Position numbers and translations under genes: made by a program. A stretch of DNA of 64,000 nt from Antedon mediterranea (taxonomy: Eukaryota > Animalia > Echinodermata), in contig NC_092677.1 in the NCBI RefSeq assembly GCF_964355755.1, positions 27,143,175 through 27,207,174 on the forward strand, written 5' to 3'. Position 1 is the stretch's first letter, and each line of letters starts with the position of its first letter. The notes under the pieces were generated by a model. It had not been told where the DNA came from. It saw only the letters and a list, made by a program, of their open reading frames with translations, and ran no database searches. Shown piece after piece: positions 49,054-64,000 of the stretch.

Positions 49054-50614
49054 CTTTCAATTTTATGCCAAAGTAAGGTTTATGAATAACATGGACTCTT
49101 CCACTTTGATGGTTTTATTATCTGATTGTAAAATATATATCCATTTTTTGTGTGTACTGTGAATATTAACAGTTAATTAAGGTTCTTGTACAATAAAAAG
49201 AAAGTATTTATGATTTTACGGTAATATTATTTGAAAATACGTTGAAATGCATTCCAGGCCATATCCTAAAACAAATCAATATAAGTTAATCAGAATTTTG
49301 CTTCAACCTTGTGGCTTCCAAGTTGAATAAACATAACAAGGTAATAACGTAGCTGATGTCTGCTTCCAAATCAATATAAACTGTATAAAACAAAACGGCT
49401 TCCAAGATTATACTCCATCATTTTGGTTCCAATGTGTGTGACAATGAATACTATGGTGTTTTTAAATAATTTTCTTGCGTCTTTTCAATTTAGTTACTGT
49501 AACAAGAATGTTTATATAATTTATTTTTCGGTATGGAAATCTATGGGTTTGTAAAAGAAAGATTTTGATTTATCTTTCGAAGTCTCATAATATTGATCAA
49601 TTAGTAATCATTTGACAGAATAGAATTGTAAATATAAAAGTTATAAATGGTATTAAAATGACAAAACAATTTGTAATATATATATATGAACTATAGAAGA
49701 CTATAACAAGATCCGTCCAGCAAAGTTTAATGTACAACCTCATTTACTTTTCACCTTGTGTATAGATGTTATATATCCGTCCATTAAAGTTAGAAATGAC
49801 ATAAAAATGATAATTTTTTATACATAGGAACTATAACACTATAACAGAATCCGTCCCCAACACTTGTTGTATGCATTGTTTTTAATAACCAGTTATGTAC
49901 AACCTTGTGTAATATAGATGTCATTATTGCCATCCATTAATGTATACATATATTCTTGTAATGACAAAATGTTAAGACATTCAGTGTAAAAAGTTGCATA
50001 ATTTACTATTGTAACCTGTGTGAAAATCTGATGTGCATATTAAATTATAATAAGTGTAAAAAAAGTGTATTGTTTATTTTTAGCAAATCAAACATGATTG
50101 GAATGTTAGCCTCTGATGAGAACTCCATAATGATTCACACAGGATATATGTTTTAGTTTATTAATCATCTTAAAAGTTTTTTTTTTTAGTAAGGTCGAGT
50201 TTTACAAACATTGTAGCTAAACTGAAGCCAAGTGGACAACATGAAACCACCAATGGATTGACTTCTTATCGGGTTTTTCTAAGTAAGTACAACAAACACA
50301 AATAACATTTCAACAACCCATCTTTCTTTTTTAATAGATCAATAATTATTTCACAAAACTACTGACAAAAAACTAATTTTGAATGTTCTACTTTGATAGT
50401 GTTTTCCAAGCAAGTATAGCTACTTTACTTAACTTGCCTGAAACCATAGTCAGTGCTATATGAGTTGTTGTAGAACTTTTGTTTAACAAGCCACCTATAG
50501 TAATATCATTGGCCTTAAATCATTGGTACTGTAGTCCTATATATTTAAATTAGTTTAATAGTTAAATTTCGCAACAAAACATAGACAGAGAGAGCACTAT
50601 CCTCAACAGAATGG

Positions 50615-56205
<5,591 letters not shown>

Positions 56206-57029
56206 TTTGTATTTTATTAACCTTTGACCTTCTGTGTTGAACTGAGCAGCAGTTAGGTGTGGCCGATCCAGACGCGGCGCGATGCACGTGGCCGCCTATT
56301 TGCTTTTTCTACTAGAAAAATTTATAGGATATTAAATCAATAACATTTTTATACCAACAATTTGATGAGAAAAGCAATAATACAAGAAAAATAAAGCGGT
56401 GTAAAAAAATGCACCAATGCAATTATTATTATACTATACTAAAAACTCATGTATATGCCTATAACTGCAAGCATGGAGCTATAAAATCTAATTTTATAGC
56501 TCCATGCTGCAAGTTCATAGATAAATATATATAAATTAATTGTTGTGAAGCAATTCAATTTTCTAAACAATGAGCTATTGTCTTTGAAATAAAGAAGGCG
56601 CCATCTCAAAATGTTGTATTGAAATTGTTAAAATTCTCGCGCGTAAAAGTTCTTTAAAAAAAAAAAGTGAGTATACAATTGCAAATAACGTCTGGACATC
56701 ATAGCCTATTATTAATGTAATTTGATTGGTTCGCTGAGCTAAGCTTGATGTTAGGTATGCAAAATTAACTTTCGGGCAGATTCGGATTTCAAAAAGACCC
56801 TTTTTCAATCATCTTAAAAAGCTGTTTTAGCACTTATTTTACACCAAATAGACGTTAGCATCATATATAAGAGGTAAGTAAGCATATTGCACGTTATATT
56901 GATTAGTATTTTGTCTTTAAAGCCCAAGTAGAGTGTAGGCCCAATACCTGATTAATTCTCGTAAATGTTCGGACTGAAGATAAAGCCTCAACTAGGATGC
57001 GTTTACGGTCTAAATTTTAATATGCAAAA
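56206..57029. promoter_or_regulatory. Putative bidirectional promoter between PSMC4 and the divergent gene
   Basis: Two start codons about 820 bp apart, head-to-head. Local CpG-containing patches, E-box CACGTG (~56285), YY1-like GGCGCCATCT (~56597), TTCTCGCGCG (~56634), inverted CCAAT (~56725), YY1-like AAAATGGCGG over the second ATG. Confidence 0.6.
56472..56506. mobile_element. 35-bp hairpin with 7-bp TSD: probable P-type transposon excision footprint
   Basis: CTGCAAG|CATGGAGCTATAAAAT cta ATTTTATAGCTCCATG|CTGCAAG. Confidence 0.8.
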
Positions 57030-60000
57030 ATGGCGGATGGACTGGCTCAGAACATGGAAGAAAGAACAGGTAGATTTGCTTTTACATATTCATATTTTCG
57101 ATTTTAGCATAATTCATTAGAGTTTTAAAAACTTGTGAGTGATTCATCGATGACCAATTTGATGGTTTTAAAACGTTATAGAACAGTTTGTAAAACCTAA
57201 AAACGTAGTATTTTCGCTCTTGTTTTTGTTAAGAACAGCAGCATTCAACGAGAATTAAATAACAAAACCTGGAACGATTTCGCAAAAATCTAACACAAAG
57301 CAAAAAGGTTGATAGCAGCCGACCGGGCGGGTGACACTTAAATAGGCGTCGATTAGCAGAGCTTATGAGGCCTAGCCGCCTAGACATTGGGGCTAGGATT
57401 AGCATTATTTAATAATATTAATATTACGCTGGTGTGTTTACTGTTCCTATTTTATTTACTTGATTAGCTAGGCTTGAGATTATAATAATATTTTTTCTGT
57501 ACAATTTTTGTAATAATTTACACAAAAAAACAACAAAATGTATATGTTTATGGCCTGCCCTGGGTCCAATATTTTAATTTGCATAAATTTGAATAAATAT
57601 TTAGGTATAATTAAAATTCATTTTTTTTTTTGCAAGTCTTAATAAAGTTCTGCATTAAAATTCTAATCCTTGTTGAATTGAAAGTAATTTCTAAATTTCT
57701 ATTTAAAACATTAAAAACTAACATGTATAATATTAAATAAAACAAACTAGCCTACTGTCATGTATTCTAAATTATAAGACAGTCACAAACATTGATGACT
57801 TTGTTTACGAAAAAGAAAAATTGTAGTATTTTTAAAACACTCGCGTCTTGTATAAGTAATGGATGGATTTTGGTTTATCTTTCAATTTATTTTAATATTT
57901 ATAAATAATATTTTTTCAGAATATAGCCAAAATATTTGAAAGCTGTCTTGCCATCCTAATAATAAATACTTCGCCTATTAAAAAATACCATAATTAATTT
58001 TACCTGACCACTTAGGGCCTATAGAGCGGAGAATACGGTTTTGAATACCGTTCTTTTCAAGAACCGTTTTTTCTTGCCAGCAGAAATAGGTCCCCACAAA
58101 AAAGAACCGATCTTAAAAACGGTTTCAAAAACCCCAATTGATTGCGGTATCGATCGCAAAGAACCGTTCTGAAACCGGTTTCAGCGGAGCAATTTTTAGC
58201 TGCAACACAATCGCGGTCTCAATTTGACCCCAAAAACTGAACTCTGCAGTCTGCTGCACTGGGACGATTGCGGTCAACTCGCAGTCAAACCCGCGCGATA
58301 CAGTAGGACCTAGGCCTAAGTCATTTTTATTTCTCTAGATAGTGAGTATTTTATTTAACTAAAAAATGTTGACCGATGCCATTACGAGGTTCGTAAAAAA
58401 TATGTGAAGGGAAGAAGATGAGGGGACTTTTCGGGAGTCGGAAGAAAGACTCACGTAGGCCTACATGTTTGAAAGCTAGACGAGCTCAACTTGGCAATAT
58501 CAGAGGGTGCGACGTATACTTTTTAACCAAGGACCACAATAACGTTTCAGGTTACAATTCCCCCTTCTATTATGAAATGGATGCTATTTCTGGGGGATCG
58601 CGCTATGCTAAAAAAGTAAACGTGACCTCGATCCAATCGCACTTCCGCCTAACGAACTGCATTGTGGTGTATATAATGACGTCATTCATAACGAACGCAC
58701 ATGGACGGAACCGGTTTTATTGGAGTAAAAATTGAGCTGCAACGCGATCTTTATTTATAAACAACAGCCGAAACCTGTTTCCAAAAAGACGTTCTTTTTT
58801 TATTTTTCAATAGAAACAGGCCCTTAAAATTGTGTTTCCTTTTTAATCAAAATATTTATTCTTTCAGAATATATTTTAAAATGCAACCAAGTTTGTTATA
58901 GTATTTGATAGATTACAACCATCCTTTAAATGCCAGAATATTTAATTTAATAAAATGTAGTAAAATATATCTATAAAAATAATCACATCCTCTTAAGAAA
59001 AATAGTAGTAAAAATATATGAATCTTAGAATGGAGAGTAAATAAAAGTAATAAATTGGTTTTATATGGAACGCCGTTTACGCAAAATTTTGATGATATGA
59101 ATTTTATGACGCGATATGTGAATGAAATGCATCGATATGAATTGAATGGCGCGATATATGAATGAAATGTTTTGAATTGAATGCTTTGAATTGAATGTTT
59201 TGAATGAAATGTTTTGAATGAAATGTTTTGAATTGAATGTTTTGAATAAAATGTTTTGAATGAAATGTTTTGAACGAAATGTTTTGAATGAAATGTTTTG
59301 AATGAAATGTTTTGAATTAAATGTTTTGAATTAAATGTTTGAATTGAATTGAAAAGTCAAACTATTGGCGGCGTATGTCATTCCCGCTCGCGATTTTGTT
59401 TTAACCTCTTAGGCCTAAGCCTGGGTACCCTCATCTCCTTTCCACGCTGTCATCAATATGGATCCTTTACAGAGAATCCTAACAGACCTGAAACATTGGA
59501 ATACATATTTCCGAACCCAGGTCTGTTAGGATTCTCTGTAAAGGCAGCGTGGAGATGAGGGTACCCACGCTTAGGCCTAAGAGGTTGAGAAAAAAATCGC
59601 GAGCGGGAATGACATACGCCACCAATAGTTTGACTTTTCAATTCAATTCAAACATTTTATTCAAAACATTTCATTTAAAACATTTAATTCAAAACATTTC
59701 ATTCAAAACATTTCATTCAAAACATTGCATTCAAAACAATTTATTCAAAACATTTCATTCAAAACATTTCATTCAAAACATTCAATTCAAAGGATTCAAT
59801 TCAAAACATTTCATTCATATATCGCGCCATTCAATTCATATCGATGCATTTCATTCACATATCGCGTCATAAAATTCATATCATTGAAATGTTGCGTAAA
59901 CGGCGTTCCATACTTTTAAGTTTGTTTTGTGGATGTAATTCAGTTTCAGTTTTTTAGAATGTAAGAACATTTTTTGTTTTAAAAAGTTTTGTCTGTATTG

Positions 60001-63000
60001 GGCTGATTTTAGTTTAGTAATTTATAACCATCATAAAATGAATATGCCTGCAATGGCTATTACACTATTTTGTACACAAGCTTTGTTTGAATAGAGCATG
60101 CAGCGTTGTGCCTGCATATTCATATTAACTTGTTGGTTGTCGGCGGCCGGCAGTATCACAGTCAATGTACACACAGTACATCCCTTGTGAGGCCTCTCCT
60201 ATCTCATTATCATTTATGCCTGTCAGGCATTCAAAACAGCTTTCTTTATTTATATTACGTAGTCAGCCAATCTGCCTCGCTCAGTCTGCTATTGTTTGCG
60301 GGAGTGTTATGTTCAAGGAAAGTTAATTATATATTCACTATCTTTATTCTTAATCAAAAGAAATATATCAAGAAAAAAAATCAAAAGATCAATTGCAGCA
60401 AAAATAATAGACTAATTAACTTAACAAATACATACATTAACATATTACAATCAATGTGTAATATATTAATTAGTGCATTTGATAATCAATGTTTGTTACC
60501 ATGCCAACATATTTAAAAAATTAAAAAAAAATATATAATTTGTACTTCTATTCGTGTCATCTATTTTAAATATCATAAAATAAACCAAAAATAAATAAAA
60601 TGTATGAATTAATATTTTACATTTGTTATTAAAAAAAAATGCAAACAAATAATAATGGTGTACTGTACAGTAACTAAACCATCCTATGATTTTATAATTT
60701 TTTGTTATTAAAAAACTAAAATTAAAGTCCTTAAAAATATCCATACTGCAAAAATTATTGAATATGCATGAATTTACCATATGCATAAGAGCTGTTGTTT
60801 ATTCAGGCTTATGAAACTTTTGATGAAAGGAATTCATTGAAGCGCACAAAAGGTGACTGACTAAGGTCACGCTCGTTGGCAAACAAGGGCTACAGTATAT
60901 AAAGGTGCTGTTTTACACAATTGTATGTTGATTGAAGAATCAGTTGTGAAAACTTGTTTCTTTGTGATTGTTATGACAATAGACTAGTTGCCACTATGCT
61001 GTGTCTGAATATATTATTTTGTCATAGTTTACTAGTTATATATTTGCTGAACTCTAAATTTAAAGACAGATTTAGAATCAGGAATTTCCATTGATCTCTA
61101 AATAAATATATTTTAATTTGTAAATTTTTTTTTGGACTTTAAACTCATTTTATCTATAAATTAGTTTTTAATTAAACTGAACATTTGAATTTCTTTCAAA
61201 ATCTACACTGTCGTAAAGAGTTTCAATAAATTATTCATGTACCAAAAAAAAAATGAACAGACGTGTTGACGAATATTTTAAAGTGTAAATTTGCCATCAC
61301 GAATATGCTTGGCAATGCATTGAAGTTACAAATAGAATCATGCATAATTCATGACTACTTATGAATAATGCATGACTCATGTACAATATGCAGCACAACA
61401 GCTAACTTGCATGTACTGTAAGTTGCTATATATCCATATTGGATATGAATAAGGGGATATTATAAAACAACATTTAGTAGTGAGAGAGATATATAACAAT
61501 AAGTAGTAGGCCTAAACCAATGTACTGTACATTATAATACTATTAAGCTTTTAGTCCTTAATTAACACACGCATGAAGTTTAATAAAATATTTTTACTGA
61601 AATCTTCATTTCAATTTGTTAATGAATCAATGTTCTTATATATTAAATGGCTATCAATATTAGTTATTATAATAAACTCTGCTTTAATTATGACTAACTT
61701 ATACAATACATATTTCCAAGTACTATATTCAAGGTAAAAACTAAATTAAACAGAATTTTAAATTAATTAATGTCAATTTGCTGTTCATTTCTAAAAGGCT
61801 GTACATTGTGGTCCTCCTATGTTAAAGAAAGTACAGTTACTGCAATATGAAACAAAAACTACTTGATATTCATTAATTATTCATACTTTGAAATTTAATT
61901 CCAAGGACAGTACCCACTCTTAGATAATTATTCAATTTTACAAATGTTCATAAATGTATAATTAAATTGAAGTTGCCATTTAACCCATTTTAGTTGTTCA
62001 TTAGTTTTAGGATTTATTAACATTTTTAATTTAATTTTCTTGTAAACAATGTCATAAAAAATAAAATATATATAATTGTTTAAAGTGAAATACCCAATAA
62101 GTTGTTTAGGCTTGGTTCCCACTAGAACGTAACGCAAGGACGTAAACGCAACGCAAGCGTTTTAACCAATGACAAGCGAAGTTATAGACAGTTAGCAATC
62201 ACAAGCGAATAAGCCATCGCTTGTGATTGGTCAATTCACTTGCGTTGCGTTACGTCCTTGTGTTGCGTCGCTAGTGGGAACCACGCTTAAGTGACTAAAA
62301 CATACAGAACTGTATAAAAACACAAGCAGGACGCATACAGATTTTTAAAGTCTTAAAAGTTTTGCTTTTGTGTACATGAATGAATGATAATTATACCATT
62401 TTAAAATATTTCACTGTAAGTAAGTAAATAAACTACATTCAACCAAACAAATATGTTTTTACTGTGGAACTGTAATTTACTATACACAGGGATAGGTGTT
62501 AAAAAGGTTTAGATGCCGGGTTGGAATAAACTGTACTCAATGTACAGTAGCTACAGTTGTTTGGATGGATGTGTTAACATTATTCTGAGTAGAAAAAGAC
62601 TTCAAGGGTAGGGTGTCGCTATCTTCCTCCGCCCACCAGACAAAAAAAATTTTTTTTTTTTTAATTTGAATTAATTTGCATCAGACTATACAGCTCTAGT
62701 GTATTGATTGGTAATAACACAAAACTGCTTTAAAGTAATATTTATTAGTTACAAGTAATTGCTTTAAAATTCATGGCCAGGCTACAGCAAATAGTACATG
62801 CATATGCACAAGTAATTTATATGTAAATGAGTGATATTCAGTAGAAATGCCAGTGTCTGATATCATCAAATAGCTGGCTATTAGTGGCTTTGAATATGCA
62901 GTAAATGGCTTTATGCAAATCAGTTTGTGAGGATTCTGCTGCTACTGCGTGGTTGCCATACTGCTGTATATATCTCCGTCGTATCTTTATTTATTGCTAA

Positions 63001-63631
63001 CCTTAGTAAACTAGATGTCATTGTGTTCGTGACTTTGTTACAACATCTTGGAACACAAATTTATTTTTGTTTAACTTTGGAACACTTGTAGATTATGCGT
63101 CAAGGTATGTTGATATTTACAACAAAATGTATTTTAATGTGTTTTATTTAATGCTTTTATATGTTTTAAAAATTATTTTTTCTTTTGCTTTATTTAAAAA
63201 TACAGTACATCTTGTTTCATTCTAAGTTCTAATTTTAAGATGGGATATTATGTGATGAAATTATAATTGTTATAACTCAAGTTTTTTTGGGTTTTTTTCA
63301 CGATATTTTTAGTTTTATGTTTTACAGTTACAATACCTGTATAGCTATACATTTAATAAAATAAAATTACTGTATTTGGTAAAATATGAAAAAATTTTTA
63401 AATTACCGTACTTATTTTTAATCAATTTTATTTACTGTTTGTGTAAAGTACATACTGCCTCTTGAATTTAGTATGTAAAAAATAGTAATATAAATTGAAA
63501 AAGTTTCTTAAATTTAAGATGTGCTTGTGTGTGTTTTAATTCAAATACTGTATTTTGTTTTTGTTCTTCAGATATGAGTACAGATGCTACACAAGCAGAC
63601 GGGCCAATCCCACTGAAGTTAGACTTAGCTG
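57030..63631 (+). CDS. First exons of an unidentified gene continuing beyond the window (MADGLAQNMEERT-DMSTDATQADGPIPLKLDLA...)
   Basis: AAAATGGCGG start context at 57030; exon 57030-57069 ends AG|gtaga (phase 1). Exon 63572-63631 has a good acceptor (ttcttcag) and donor (G|gtaag), also phase 1. Too short to identify. Confidence 0.55.
58015..58823. mobile_element. Probable Harbinger-like non-autonomous element
   Basis: TTA|GGGCCT ... AGGCCC|TTA; CpG-rich body unlike the flanks; repeated GAACCG/AACCGGTT motifs. Confidence 0.55.
59064..59912. mobile_element. Foldback-type element (near-complete 850-bp palindrome), IS3EU-like termini
   Basis: TATGGAACGCCGTTTACGCAA ... TTGCGTAAACGGCGTTCCATA; arms of about 410 bp with internal ~15-bp TGAATGAAATGTTT-type arrays; flanks GTTTTA / CTTTTA. 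Confidence 0.85.
62109..62287. mobile_element. MITE family B, 179 bp
   Basis: Same TIRs and body as 16934-17112. Confidence 0.88.
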
Positions 63632-64000
63632 GTAAGAAACATTACTTAAAATTGAACTACAGTACTATACTAATCAGTATTTTACAGTTACTTTGTACTA
63701 TAGGCAGAGCAGAGTTTTAAACAGAATACAGTACCATATTTCCCTATTTTGAATATACAGTATTAATCCAAAGACCATTTTTTTGTAGAAAAGTGTGTTA
63801 ATTATTCATTCTGTTCATGATGTACAGTAATTGAATTATAGATGTTTTTAATTTTAAGGATTAGCACTGACAATGACAAATTTACACAACAATAATAAAT
63901 TAAGAGAACATTTTAAGAATGTTGTATTAATGTCTCATAAAAAAGATGTATAAGAACAGAAAAAAGTACAGCGAGGTAGAATGTAGGAAATTACAAATTT

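Noticed and set aside
56240-56255. Nrf1/ARE proteasome response element in the PSMC4 promoter
   Set aside because: TGAGCAGCA does not fit the TGA(C/G)nnnGC spacing.

Overview
AT-rich, intron-dense animal genomic DNA (invertebrate-like; the SINE content would fit a deuterostome such as an echinoderm, but the species cannot be determined here). The window holds three genes. (1) 64-49053 (+): a 5'-incomplete dynein heavy chain gene of about 90 exons with outer-arm-beta-like architecture. Its reading frame is open in the exons I traced, yet the primary ATPase site AAA1 has lost Walker A, Walker B, sensor I and sensor II, and the AAA4 P-loop is also dead. AAA2/AAA3 P-loops, stalk and microtubule-binding domain are retained. 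It also carries many low-complexity insertions and an optional ~610-aa disordered C-terminal tail, so it looks like a catalytically dead 'pseudo-motor' dynein. (2) 50615-56205 (-): complete 10-exon PSMC4/Rpt3 (419 aa) with a U12-type intron. (3) An unidentified gene starting head-to-head at 57030 (+). Introns contain many MITEs (Harbinger-like, pogo/Tigger-like, P-like, IS3EU-like foldback), tRNA- and 5S-derived SINEs, a Rex1/Babar-like LINE 3' end and several minisatellites. A 35-bp hairpin with a 7-bp target-site duplication in the shared promoter matches a classic P-element excision footprint. Exon and repeat coordinates were read by eye, and family assignments rest on recalled consensus motifs, not database searches.
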